Shown here piece by piece: positions 40,029 through 54,292 of a DNA stretch of 64,000 nucleotides. Below the pieces are notes generated by a model. The model searched no databases, was not told the origin of the DNA, and saw nothing but the letters and a program-made list of their open reading frames with translations. The position numbers were made by a program, and so were the translations under genes. The number at the start of each line of letters is the position of its first letter. Position 1 is the first letter of the stretch. This stretch comes from Octopus vulgaris (Eukaryota): NCBI GenBank assembly GCA_951406725.2, contig OX597830.1, positions 4,092,001-4,156,000 on the forward strand. Direction: 5' to 3'.

Positions 40029-42651
40029 ATTTACATTTTGTTTGTTTTTAGTTCTCCAGCATGTCTATAAAAATGGGTATTCTTTGATTCCTAGTTTTTG
40101 TAAGATTTAGTGATGACCAAGATTACATCTTTCAGTTTTTTGCTTCCCCTTTCACATTTTAATTGACAGTTATCTAACAAACAACATTTTTTTTACCCCA
40201 TGGTGGATGTAGACCCCAATCATATCTATGATTAAGCCACAGATCAATCGTTACTGAATGAACTGATCCAAAATTCAAACCAGTTTTAGCCTGATCATTC
40301 TCAACTCTATTCTTCATCTGTTCTACAGAGAGAAAGAGAGAGGGGGGGGCAAAGTGATATATAACTGCTTAGGAATAATGCAAGGAATAACAGTCTCCAT
40401 GTTTTCTTATCTGTATATCATCACATCTGTTATTGATGAATATTAATTACCTATAGAGAAAGCTGGGGATGAGCGCAAGAGAGAGTCTTGTTGAATGATG
40501 GTGCTTATTTGCATAGTGAAATTAAATGTGCATATATGTTTATACATTTCCAACTTGTCTGCTTACATGCTGTGCGAGTAATTTAGTTAATACCTGTGGT
40601 TAATAAATAGTCCCTTAAATGGAAATGGATTTTTTTAGGAATATTGATCCTGCACCTTTCCTGTTTAAACTGTTTAACCTATTTATTGATGAACAATATA
40701 AAATAACAATTCTAATTAAATCAGACATTGTAGGCACTTGAATTGTCCACTCTGCTTTCTAATTCTTTAAAAGCTTTGGGTCATTAATGATGCCAGAATG
40801 ATTAATAAAATCTTTAAGCATGCTTTTCAAGATGTACCCTGAAGAAATAATTTTTTGTTTCAGACGAAAAAACCAGAGACAAAAGAACTTTAACTCTGAA
40901 ACAAAAGACATAACATTTTCTCTTGTTGATACATGGCACTATTTTGTATTTTTACTAATATCTGTGCTTGTCTATTGATAATAATCTTTGCTACGTAAGA
41001 TTAATATTTCTCAAGGGTTTTAGCAATACAAGAGGAACTAAATAGCATCTACTAAGAATAACAACCAAGTTGTAAAATAATTATTTGAAAAATACTGATG
41101 CAAGATGGATGCATTGACAGATTAGTTGTATTTGAGGCAGCAACCTAGATATAAAACATACACCATGAACACTGTTTATTAGTTTACAAACCTACTAAAA
41201 ACACCTTTCATATTCATATCAATGAATATAGATAGGCTGTAATAGCGGTTGGTTTCCATATCCTCTTCAGAAAATTATCTATTGATCTTTATGGCAGGTG
41301 ACTGTTGAATTAAATTCACTGATGTTGAAGTAATTAGTTGAATGAGCACAAAGATATTGCCAATTGTGGAAGTTATTCTATTGGTAAATGCATAGTTAAT
41401 TATAAATATGTATGTAATTACTCAAACAATATTCTAAATTACATGCACTGCAGATAATCAATGTTTGGATAAAGGGAATCCACCATCAATGCTTATGAGC
41501 AGAAGAAAGATCTACATTAATAACTAGACACACACACACACACACACACAGTGCATTCACATTTTCACTTTTATCTGCAAATTTTTTCTTTATAATTTCT
41601 TTTACACACTCACAAACACACGCACACAGGGTTTTGTGTATGTGTGTGTGTGTGCATACATTTATATATATATAATAGTTATAGTGGTAGTTGTTATTTT
41701 CCAAGCAAACTATCCTCCCGCTCATTTAATTACCAGGAATGTATCTTCCCTGAATTGGTAAAATTATTTGTGGATAGATTCCAGTATTTCTTGGTGATGG
41801 TATTTCTCCTGATCATGTTTTATTTCTGTTTCTTGGCAATTAGTTTAGTCACTTTTTTTAGTAGTATTTACAATTTGAGAGAGTGAGAGAGACAGACGAG
41901 AGAATGACAGTCACTGGATAGACAACACAGCTTTTAGTTGTAGTACATGACTTGCTACTCAGCAGGGATTGCAACAGACCGACATCTGCAGTCTGACAAA
42001 TCTATTTTACTCCAAGATGAAGTTTTTCTTTTTTTAATTATACCACATGAGATTTATACATGACAGTTTGGTATGAGCATTGCTGTGGACATTACCAGAA
42101 CGATGCTGTAAATAGTATTAACTTGCCTTAAGAACCCCATTTCATACTTAATATCAATATTTGCTCTCCATGTCTTTTCTTGTAATTCCAGCCATAATTT
42201 CTGGATCCAATAGCAAAGTGGATTTAGATGACTGAGAGTCTCTGAGTCTATAACTGAGTCCTGCAGTTAAAAGTAATTTTGAGTAGAAAGCAGCGAATTA
42301 ATGAAACCATTTTACAATAATTCCACTGGTAATTTCTAACTCTGAAAAGATTTAGTATCTTTTTCTTTGTCGGTTGAAGAATACTTCAGTTTGCCGCTTT
42401 ATACACTTCATTTGGTATTCTGTCTTTGACATTCATCTTTTACATCCCCCACCCCTCCCTTACCTGCTCTTCCTTTCTTGCATATTTTTCTTTCTGTATA
42501 TGTGTTTTGTGTGTGTGTGTGTGTGTGCATCATTGTCATCATTTTAATGTCCATTCCTCCATGCTTATGTGGGTCAGACTATACACGTGTGTCTATGAGT
42601 GTGCATGTGTGTGTGTCTGCATGCATGTGTGCGTGTATGATGTGTGTGTAT

Positions 42652-42683
<32 letters not shown>

Positions 42684-43574
42684 GTACACTGACCTACAGA
42701 CCAATATTTGTAATGGGGTTGGAATACTTCCTCACCTCAGCTCTTCCATGCAAGGATCTTTATTATTTGGAAGCTGAAGGATAAGGGCTCCATTGAAATA
42801 GCTACCCAGTTAGTTTGCTCTTTTTATAACTGGAAAAACACTATGGAGGGCTGTACCTCATGATTAGGTGACTACATCTACTTAGTGTCTCTGTAGATTT
42901 GCATCATTAACCACATTGTCCAAAGACATCTTTGCAGAGGAGATTCGTTGCTGCAGCTGACATTTCTGAGCTGTGGAACCCATCTTTTCCACAAAAAGCA
43001 TTCCAACCAAGTCAGATGCAGCCCAAAATGTGGCCGAACATTCAGGTAGAAATGTTTTATGGATGTAAGCATTTGTCAATTCTGCTTTCAGTAATAGATG
43101 CCTCCTGGTTCATTTCATGATGTGACTAGATACCTTGCTCATTTCTATGTCTCAGTTTTCATCCACACCCCACGCACCTTAAGGGAATTCTTGGTCCAAT
43201 GACAAATGCTGGCCAGGCAGTGTGCTGTTGCCTCTCTATGAGCAGTGTTACAATCTTAACCTATTCCAGCTGATGTGTGCTCCTGTTACCCTTCATATTT
43301 CTTTAATATGATACTGTCACCCTATTTCTTGATATATCATTTAATAATCCCTTTGAAGAGCAAGGCTAATAACACAACTGATTTTAATTGAATTTAACAA
43401 TTAATTGAGTCAAATTTTCATTTCATCTGACACCTGACAATAAGCTTAATAATATCAGCTTATTTCAACAAGACATAACTGTTTCTGTAGAGAGTACTGT
43501 ACATTGAACTCATCTCTAGATTATTAATTATCATGCCAACATTTTCACAATCAAATCAATAATGGATCTACTGT

Positions 43575-43742
43575 TTGATTGATCAACCTGCTAAAAATAG
43601 CAGCCAAATCTTCCATAAGTTATACCATCTATATTAATAAAAAAAAGGACACATAGGAGAATGTAGTCCTAGATTTGCAAATCAGGATAGTCATGGCTGG
43701 AGTGTCTGTTTATTTGGAGCTGTTCTAGTTCTAAACAACAAC
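43575..43742 (+). repeat. Old dispersed repeat family E (also ~7330-7500, 17040-17440, 44220-44380, 53010-53180, 57260-57420, 62500-62690)
   Basis: Recurrent ctagaaatagcagccaaatctc...ggtcatggctgg...aaacaacaac motif. Confidence 0.6.
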
Positions 43743-45317
43743 ATTGTCAAAATGGGAAATAAATTTAATTTGGCTGAACAAAAGGGAAAAATAGGATTAA
43801 AATAGAAATTTGCTGCTGCAAATGAGGCATGGAGTCACTTCATTATTGCTGAATTTGATTTATCTCTACCAGAATATTTTAATTAATAATATTAATTAAA
43901 TCCGTTTAAATTTCTTTTCATATAAGATATCTGTTTCCAGATGTGGCTTGTTATGACTCCATAAAGGCATTTTCATGCAGAAACACTCCTAAGAGCTTCC
44001 TGTTTGTTTACTTTTCTTCCTTCTGCCAAGCTTGAAGTCTAAAATTATCAGGAAACGCTAAGTTGGGAGAGTTAATACGTTTCTCTGGTAGACTCAACGA
44101 TACAAATGAAGAGCAAAAGTGACTTCATGTAATTTAAATATAGAATGCTATCCATATGTTTTAAAACACTTTATTTATTTTAAAATTGGATACTTTGTCG
44201 ATGATGATGATAATAATGCTTAGCCCTGGGTCAACCTTGATTGAGCTAAATTATTTCAGTAAAAGTATTTCTGCCACAACCAAATGGCCTTCTGTAGAGA
44301 GTATCATGCCATTCCTTATTTAAGATGGTAAAATGTAATTTGAGAGAAATTTGGCTGCTATTTGTAATGGAGTGAGCATACAGACGCCCTCATTGTCTTG
44401 TGGTGTGCTCATTGGCTCATTGCTAATAATAACAGTGAAATTGATGCCAACACCAAAGCCATAAATGACATGAAAGCATGTAATGTTAACCACTTATGAC
44501 CATCACCATTGTTTGATGAAATATAATTACAAAGAAAAAGGAATAGAAGACAAGAATTCTATAAACTGAAAATCACAAAGAATAATAAATATCACACAAT
44601 TATTCATTCTAAACAGGCCATTAATGATTCTGTGACTGATTCTCGTGATGATGATTATGGTGGCTCTTTTACTGCATGACTTTCAAATATTCAATGATGC
44701 CAAAAGAATGTCCATTTTTCTGCTCATTTAAAAGCAATATATAGCATTAAATGGCTGCTTCCTAGTTATCAGAAGTTTTTCTGAAAATGACTTCTTTAAA
44801 TTGATGTAGTTTGATAATAGATTTTTTTCTGATTGAAAGAAACAAATGATTAATGACTTAAAATAGACACTTTTTGATAATTTAGCTAGAAAAGTAAAAA
44901 CAACAACAACAAAACTATTGTTTATTAATGAGCACTTAAATAATAAATGTATTTCACTGATTACAGTAGACTATAAGTGCATGCATGTTTAAACCTGGGA
45001 ACACTCTATTTTACAATAAAAACATGCAAATTTGATGATACTCAGGAAACAGAATAAATAAGAAACAAAAAAATGTTCAAATTAAAGAATGACATAAAAA
45101 TATATTTTGTTATTGACTTATTTAGGTCATTGATTCAGGACAAACAGAATGGCTTGAAAAGTAGAACATAAAGTAATTGATTTTAGATAATTAGTCACTA
45201 AAGAGATTTCAACAGATAATATATATAGGTGAAAGAATACATACGAAAGTAACCATAGTAGAACTGCCATTAATTAAATCATCATCATCATCATCATCAT
45301 CATTATTATTATCTTTA

Positions 45318-45363
<46 letters not shown>

Positions 45364-45753
45364 GAAAATAAAAGAGAAATAAATGTTCAAGTCGCAGCGA
45401 TGTAACTGTAGAAAGTTAAGAAATATGGCATTTACCTGAGATACTTGCTAAAGCAGACCATTTAATGTTGAAATTCTTTAATCAATACAGGTGATTATTT
45501 CTTTAATTGAGATAAGTAACATCTTCGTCATGGCATGATTAAGCAGCATTAATTGGTGTACACTATGGTTCTTATCATGGCTATTAGCCAAACTATATAT
45601 AATGTCTCTTCTAGGAATAATATCTGTGATATTATATATCAAAATTTTATAGTGCTAATTTGAGAAATCTTTCATCTTCTTTGCTCCTGCAAAATGTATA
45701 AAAAGTAAAATTATGTAATGTTTTAGCATAAATAGTCATAAATTTTTCGAGTG

Positions 45754-45825
45754 TTTCTATGCTGGGAATCGAACCCAGACTGCCTGATGAAATCCAGAAA
45801 TACTAACTACCAGACAAGATGAGGA
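45754..45825 (-). pseudogene. tRNA-Glu(TTC)-derived pseudogene
   Basis: tcctcatcttgtctggtagttagtatttctggaTTTCatcaggcagtctgggttcgattcccagcatagaaa aligns with canonical tRNA-Glu; stems disrupted. Confidence 0.7.
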
Positions 45826-47618
45826 AAAATGTGCCTCCCCTTATCACTTAGATGTGGATTATGACATTACCCTCTTCTTAGCAGCAGAAGATGTTGGTCT
45901 TTATTTCAAACCCTCAAAGTCTAAATACATGTGCAACAATTAGACAGACTCCACAATCAGAATCAAACAAAATTTCCTAAAATTTGTACAGTGAAGAAGG
46001 GACTTTGCAAAAGGATGAAAAATATGTTTGTGGAAGTAGGGATTGTTGTTGATGTCCTCAGAATGATCTTGGTGTAATCACTTCCAGATAAACTTAAGAG
46101 AAACTTCTCCTGTACTATTATGAAATCATGGAGCCTACACTCACCGATGGACTGGGGTGGGGGGTAAGGCTAGATGGGATTTTCATCTGTGTGCGTGTGA
46201 ATGTGCATCATTACATGGGAAAAAATAACTTGTCAAAGATGGTACAACGGTTTTCTTGCAATCAGTAATGTCATTAGAGGGAAGGAGGGAGAGAGAGGGA
46301 GGGAGGGAGGGAGAGAGATACGTTTTGTAGGACATTATTGGTGAACTAAACATGAACTCATTAATAATTTGTTACTATGGATACCTGAGCATGGAGATAT
46401 ATATGTTTGCATGTGTGTGTATGTGGATTTGTATATATGTATGTATGTGTGTATGTGTGTATGTATGTATGTATGTATGTATGTATGTATGTATGTATGT
46501 AGGCAGGTAGGTAGGCAGGCAGGCAGGTAGGCAGGTAGGTAGGTAGGTAGACAGATATCTGCAGGGCAGCTTTTCAGTAAAAGAGTTCATTGGTGACATC
46601 AGTATGGACACTAAGTGTTGCTCTGTTGACTTCTCAAATACCAGATCATATTGGGTCATGTGATCAAACTGAGCCAATCTAAGCAATTTCAATGAAGGAA
46701 TAAGTCCTAAACAGGCTATAATTAGCCTGAGTTAAGAAAAGTTTTAAGTGTATAAGCTTACCATAGAGAGTTTTCAAGAAGCTCAAATTTTTAATATCTA
46801 GCAGGGGAAATTAATGGATGAATAAAGAAAAATAAAACATCGTTTGAAAACCCTAGTAATGTGGAATATTTATAAATTTTAGTGAACTCACTCAGAAGTA
46901 AAGGTATTTGAAATATCTGAAAATGCGATAAAAGTATCATTTTCTTTTAGTCCTCTAGATCAGATATTTTTATCTTGTATTATATTTTTTTAGATTCAGG
47001 TGAGATGTTATGATTGCCATCATATTTCATTAGTGAATTTTGGAAAATATTTCAATTAATTAAAAATTATATGAAATACATGCTAAATTAAATTTTTTTT
47101 AAAGATTTGTCAAAAAATATGTATTAGCTCATATTTTTGTATAAGTAATTTCATTAAGCATTATAAATTGACAATCAATTTTTAATGAGTTTCAACACCT
47201 GTCAAGCTTATATCAGCCAAATACTTGTAGCATACATTTTGAACGCTATAGTGCTGAGGGGGGGAAAATGTTGTGTTGCTAAGGAATAAACAGTGGAGTA
47301 TTAATTAGAAAGAGTTTAATTGCTTAACGTTGTTGCCAAGATATTCAATCAGTTTGTCATTTTCTTCCCATCAGTGACTTCCTATCACATTCTAACTTCA
47401 TTCTAATTTAATTGGGGGAAATTATAGAGAATGAAGTGAAAAGTAAATTTGAAGCTTGAAGAGACAATTTAGAAATTGGAAGAAAACATTAAGAAAATTG
47501 ATAGCAGAATTAGAATGGAAAGAAATGCCAGAGACAAAAATGGAAAGTTTTCAGAGATTATCCTATGTATACGCGTGTGCGTATATAAACGTATATAAAT
47601 ACATAATGTGTGTATGTG

Positions 47619-48192
<574 letters not shown>

Positions 48193-49200
48193 TATGGAAA
48201 GGGAAGGAAAGAGATTCTCATACCAAAATATATGAACTAGATTACAATGGAACATTTCTTTGAAACTCAGAAGCAGAAAAGTTATTTTGAATTATAGCTA
48301 TTTGGATGTGAATATGATTAATGTCTTCATGTCAACTGTCGAAGAGAAACTACTGTGAGAGAAGATCATGAATTTAGAGAAAATAAATTTAGATTTAATA
48401 TAAATGTGGAGTTTCTAAATTAAGAATTGCGTATATCATAGCATCTGGGTATTCCCAGTCAGAAGACATTTGAGTCAATAAATAAGTGGAGCATCTTGAT
48501 AGGAAAGTAGGCTTCCATTGCAGCTTGAGGTTGATATATAAGTTGATTCTTAATTGATGGGGGTGGAGCTGAAAGGTAATAAAAAATATATTATGCTGAG
48601 TTAATGATTCAGATCACAGACTAATGACTGGGAGAGTAAACTGCCTCATTAGAGGGACGTAAAAACAAATTGAATATGATGTCTTTGATCTAAAAGATAT
48701 TGCTTTACTCAGGAAAAGTATTCATTACAAACTGATGCAATTTCTATACCTTATTCCAAAAATGGTGAAACTATCTGTCTCGGTTCCCTTCCTGTTTTAT
48801 ATGTATGAATGATGAAACCTGTGCAAAGATTTGATTGTCTTTGATAATGTAGTGAATTTCTGTGGGCCACAACCTTCTAAGATAAGTTCCAATTTAAGAC
48901 AATGCAAGACCGGTACCCTGGGACTGATTTAAGTGATTTACAATTCAATTTTCTTAGACATGTTAATTATAATTGTACAAATAGATTATATTTAGAGTAA
49001 ATTAACTTGATGATTAAGGTGCAGCATGTGAAGGGCATTGCATTCTCATTTCATCATCCTTTTATTGTACACTTTTCCATGCTCCTAACGTTTATATGCA
49101 ATACATTGAAGCAGGACTTTCTGCGGCTGAATCCCTTCTTATTGTCAAACTTTACCTGCTTCCAAGAACAGGTTGAGCACTATAAGTATGGAGAATAAAC

Positions 49201-49236
<36 letters not shown>

Positions 49237-49268
49237 GATGAATATACGTATAGATATATATATATATA

Positions 49269-49430
49269 GGCGCTGGAGTGGCTGTGTGGTAAGTAGCTTG
49301 CTTACCAGCCACATGATTCCGTGTCCAGTCCCACTACGTGGCACCTTGGGCAAGTGTCTTCTACTATAGCCTCGGGCCAACCAAAGCCTTGTGAGTGATT
49401 TTGGTAGACGGAAACTGAAAGAAGCCCGTC

Positions 49431-49474
<44 letters not shown>

Positions 49475-49690
49475 GCATGTGTGTGTATATGTTTGTGTCT
49501 GTGTGTACCTCCAACATCGCTTGGCAACTTATGCTGGTGTGTTTACGTCCCCGTAACTTAGTGGTTCGGCAAAAGAGACTGATAGAATAAGTACTAGGCT
49601 TACAAAGGATAAGTACTGGGGGCGATTTGCTCAACTAAAGGTGATGCTCCAGCATGGACACAGTCAAAATGACTGAAACAAGTAAAAGAG
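49269..49690 (+). mobile_element. SINE family A, full length
   Basis: ggcgctggagtggctgtgtggtaag head to gactgaaacaagtaaaagag tail, internal (TA)n(TG)n. Confidence 0.92.
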
Positions 49691-49699
49691 TATATGTAT

Positions 49700-50240
49700 A
49701 GAAATAACACTGGATGTTTCGCTAAAAGCATGCCTAAACACAGTAGGAAGGATAAAATATATGATCTTTTGGAGAAAACAAACCGATTTGAATGTAGAAT
49801 GTGGTGGAAAGCTTTCTTTTTTGACAAGGAGCTTAAACCCATTGACAAACTTGAACATGGTGACCTATTAAGAAAAATATTCAAATCTAGAAGGAACCCA
49901 TTGACTAACCAACATCTAACTAGATTTCAGGGAGAATTATATAGTTTTGTCAAGAATGTGAAGTCCAGAAAGTACCCTAGAAGGTGTAATATACATCAAC
50001 AGAAAATTAGAAGATTATTTGTCGACTTCAAGAATGCTCCAGGAATGTACCAGGGGACAAAACAAGTAACATTTATATTGTTGATATTGAGTTATATAAG
50101 TCTATAATTAGGAAGGAATTCCGCAGCAAATATAGACATGCTAGTAACGACGTATTAAGAAGAATTTACAATACAAGGCTAGAAATCGTCAGAGATTTAG
50201 CTATAGATGATAGAACTGAGCCCTACATCCTTCAAAAAAG
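49700..50240 (+). mobile_element. Penelope-like element ORF N-terminal relic (Naiad-like)
   Basis: KSMPKHS...LLEKTNRFECRMWWKAFFF...FKSRRNP...HQQKIR, then in another frame GDKTSNIY (DKG/DKT motif of PLE RTs). Confidence 0.65.
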
Positions 50241-50541
50241 TCACTCAGTGCACTGCCCCATGAAGGTCACTGCTGGCTCTCTCTCTGCACACAACCATGT
50301 ACTGCCATCTGTTGGCATGCTGCAGAACTAGTCTAAGAACTTTGATACCAGCTTGCACACAGAGATACATATAGTGAACTTCTGTTTCTCTCTACAAAAT
50401 CCACTCATAAGATTTTTCTCAGTTTAGAGGCATGACTGAAGTACACAACCAAGCCTGAGTGCACAAAGACGCACACACACACGCACACACAAACACAAAC
50501 ATACACACACCACATATATCATACATAAACATGCATATGTA

Positions 50542-51828
50542 CGAGGGGCGTTCAATAAGTAATGCCCCTGACCCACTTCCTATAGCAGTAGAGCAACGAA
50601 ACTTGGCACAGTTAGTCTTTTTCTACATAGGAACCACCCAGAGTTACGCATTTCTCCCATTGTTTGATGCAGCTCTGGAGACCGTTTTTGTAGAAGACCC
50701 CAGCTTGGTCCTCCAACCTGAATGTGACTTCAGAAATCAAGGCTGCATCATCTGGGAAACGCTTTCCTTTCAAAAACAACTTCATGACTGGGAAGAGGTG
50801 AAAATCAGAGGGTGCAAGGTCAGGAAAGTAGGGGGATAGGGGAGGAGTTCATAGCCATACGCCTGTGCCTCTGATCTGGCGACAAGCGAGTTGTGGACCG
50901 GAGCGTTGTCCTGCAGGAGGAGGATGTCTTTGCTGATCTTGCCCCGCCTCTTGATTTTGATAACTTCTCTTAATTTCCTCAAAAGTGAAGCATAATAGGC
51001 TCCTGCAATTGTGGTACCCTTTGCCAGGAAATCTGTCATCACTACTCCGTCCTGGTCCCAGAAGACTGTGAGCATGACCTTGCCAGCGGAGGGCTGCACC
51101 CTAGCCTTCTTTGGAGGGGGTGAGTCACGGTGCTTCCACTGCATTGACTGGGCTTTGGTCTCTGGATCATCGTGATGGACCCAGGTTTCATCCTGTGTAA
51201 TCAGTCTTTTGAAAAATTTTGACTCATCTTCTTGGCACATCTCCAAATTCACCCTCGAGCACTCGACGCATTCTTGCTTCTGGAAAGGCGTGAGCAACCT
51301 GGGAATCCATCTGGCAGACACCTTTTGCATATGCAAATGGTCCTGAATGATAGTTTCCACAGACCCGGTACTAATCTTGACCTCATGGGCTATTTGGCGA
51401 ATAATTATGCGTCGATCTTCCAAAATGGCAGCCTCAACTTGACGGACAGATGCCTCATCAATGGCAGAAGGGGCGACCAGATCTAGGAGCTGTTTCCACA
51501 GAGTTCTGACCATGTTTGAATTCACGATGCCAGCGTTTTACAAGGTCATATGATGGGGCATCATCACCATAAGTTACTTTCATTTCATCAAAAGTCTCCC
51601 GTGGTGTGCGTCCTTTCAAATACAAAAACCGGATCACTGCTCGACACTCAACAGGCTCCATTTCACACTTGACTCGGTTCAAACACCTGTAAATCAGAAA
51701 CCACAATTAGTTCAGAGCTGTAATTTGCCACTTACTCTATAGAGATATAAAGGACTGCACATGCAAACTTTCAGCTAGATCAAACAACTGCAAGTGGGTG
51801 AGAGGCATTACTTATTGAACGTCCCTCG
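50542..51828 (-). mobile_element. Full-length mariner (DD34D) transposon, 1287 bp, TA TSD
   Basis: TIRs cgaggggcgttcaataagtaatgcccctgacccactt (~37 bp, 3 mismatches); TA at 50540-50541 and 51829-51830. Confidence 0.97.
50612..51661 (-). pseudogene. Mariner transposase with two frameshifts (~51470, ~50830)
   Basis: MEPVECRAVIRFL (HTH), PRSGRP, WIPRLL, ITQDETW, QDNAPVH, YFPDLAPSDFHLF; 34 residues between D2 and D3. Confidence 0.95.
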
Positions 51829-52404
51829 TAACAATTATTTTCTGCGGAAAAATCAGGCATTAAATCTTTAGAACCATTTCACACCATTAGTAATTCTTGT
51901 AAATGTATGAGAGCTCCGGTGTGAACATTCTTGGAGAAGATGAACTAATATTCTAAGCATTCATGAACCTTCTTCATCTGAAAGCTATTGTTATTGCATA
52001 ATTACTTCAGTTTGGTTTTAAAACTATAGAATACTAACATTGAAATTGTCTGTAATATAAGAATAATGTCACTTTTGGGCAAATGTTTAAGTATTATATA
52101 TCCTAAGCTTCACTTCTTATATCAACTTTTTCTAAACCTGTGGCTCTTAACCCTTTTTTTACCTATCGATCCCTTTTGATTCCTATTTTAATCTATTAAA
52201 AAAGAAATCCTATTATGTTTTTATAATTAGTTATTATTAGCAATCAGTTTTTATAAAATTGCTAAAATATTTTCTGTACAGTGGAAGGATAAAATTTATT
52301 GCTCTTAAACTCTAACGAAGAAATCTTATATGGCTCCCACCACCACTGCCTGTACAAATAATTCCAGAATATTATTCACATCACACTAATTCAATATAAG
52401 AAAT

Positions 52405-52894
52405 TGTTCTATATTTAAGAGATGAGGAATTATGTACATTATTTACATTTGATGAATATTTGTCCTCATCTTTGTTGTTAACACGTTTCGGCTGACATAC
52501 CCTCCAGCCTTCATCAGGTATCTTGGGGAAATTTCGAATCTGGGTTCTCATTCCCAAGGTATTTTTTTGTTGTTGTTGTTATTTTTCAGGTCACTGCCTA
52601 GAATTAACTTGGAATCTTGGGGTTAGTAGCCCATGCTCTTAACCACTATACAATATGCCCATTGTGGTTAAGAGCACTGGCTACTAACCCCAAGATTCTG
52701 AGTTCGATTTCAAGCAGTGACCTAAATAATAATAATAATAATAAAAATAATAACATCGAAAAATACCTTAAGAACCAGAACCCAGGTTCGACATTTCCCC
52801 AAGACCCCTGATGAAGGCTGGAGGGTATATCAGCTGAAATGTTCTGTTAACAACAAACAAGATGAGGACAAATATCTGTCAAATGTAAATAATG
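52405..52894. mobile_element. SINE family C palindrome: minus arm 52405-52660 and plus arm 52664-52894
   Basis: Arms are reverse complements; each has a tRNA-like head and CTGATGA..GAAA motif; gaaattgt at both ends (52400-52407, 52894-52901). Confidence 0.92.
52803..52848 (+). ncRNA. Minimal type-I hammerhead ribozyme motif (CpG-decayed copy)
   Basis: gaccc-CTGATGA-a-ggctg-gagggtatat-cagct-GAAAT-GTT-ctgtt; minus-arm counterpart at ~52478-52522 keeps cagcc-GAAAC-GT. Confidence 0.7.
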
Positions 52895-53906
52895 AAATTG
52901 TAGTTGTTACACCAACTGCACTGACTGAACCTAAAAGATCCCTCTTATTAAACCTGAATGACCAAAACTACACTAATACATGCTGGGTCACCAGAAGAGG
53001 AGTTTCTATGTGATCGGTTGACCTGCCAAATACAACAGCTAAATCTTCTTTAAATTAGAACCTGTAATTTTAAACAATGCCAAAATTATTTTGGGAAATG
53101 GAGAAGTAGAAAAATACAGGCCACAGAACAGTCTTTGATGATTGGTGCACTCAGACAGGGTTGACCTGTGGTTAAACAATAACTACTAAATCCACCTCTC
53201 TACATATGATAGGACTGCTGAAGCAGGTTTAGTAAGGTTTAACAACAACTACTATTTTAATGACTGAAGGTTAATTGTTAATTAATTAATTATCAGTAAT
53301 TTGGGTATTTTTTGATATCTTTGAATTTTCTATGTGAAATCAAGGAAATTATTGGAAATATAAAACGAAACTTGCTGTGATTCTTTTATTTTTCTTCTAA
53401 TTTACACCACTGGACATATTGGGGTTTCATGTTGGGGCTTTCAAGGGTTTTTATCATCAATCCCTTCAACCCCAGAACATATTATTTCAGTTCGGTATTG
53501 ATCTCGTTGATATCTATTTGTCAATTCTCAAAATAACGCAAATACAACGCTGACATCTGTAAATATAACCTTACTCAGATACACTTTTAATGCTTTTTTT
53601 GTGGGTGGGGGGGTTGTATTTAGGGAACCTTTATTCTTGATAACAGAATATATTTTGGTCAACAGCTGAATTATGGAAACTAGACTGAAAGGAACATTAT
53701 GAAATACAGTAATTTTCAGAAATATGTTGTGACTGGCCCCACCAAATAAGCAATTATTTGGAATTGAATGTCATCTAAAAATAGAGGAAGTGAGTGAAAG
53801 GCAGTGCATAGCAATACCTTAATGATTGGTAATAAACAGTCCACCTGAATGCCAACATTTGTTTTTAATATAGTTACCATAGTCATGTTAGAGAAATGGG
53901 GTAACA

Positions 53907-54292
53907 CTTTTACTTGTTTCAGTCATTTGACTGTGGCCATGATGGAGCACCACCTTTTAGGCAAGCAAATCGACCCCAGGACTTATTCTTTGTAAGCCTA
54001 GTACTTATTCTATCAGGCTCTTTTGCCGAACCGCTAGGTTACGGGGATGTAAACACACCAGCATCGGTTGTCAAGCGATGTTGGGGAGACAAACATATAT
54101 ACACACACACATATATATATACATATATACAATGGGCTTCTTTCAGTTTCCGTCTACCAAATCCACTCACAAGGCTTTGGTCGGCCCGAGGCTATAATAG
54201 AAGACATTTGCCCAAGGTACCACGCAGTGGGACTGAACCCAGAACCATGTGGTTGGTAAGCAAGCTACTTACCACACAGCCACCCCTACACC
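53907..54292 (-). mobile_element. SINE family A, full length
   Basis: Reverse complement of the family A consensus. Confidence 0.92.

Noticed and set aside
42840-43260. GC-richer stretch with short ORFs (also 45840-46170 and 58600-59200)
   Set aside because: Probably old LINE debris; motifs too weak to call.
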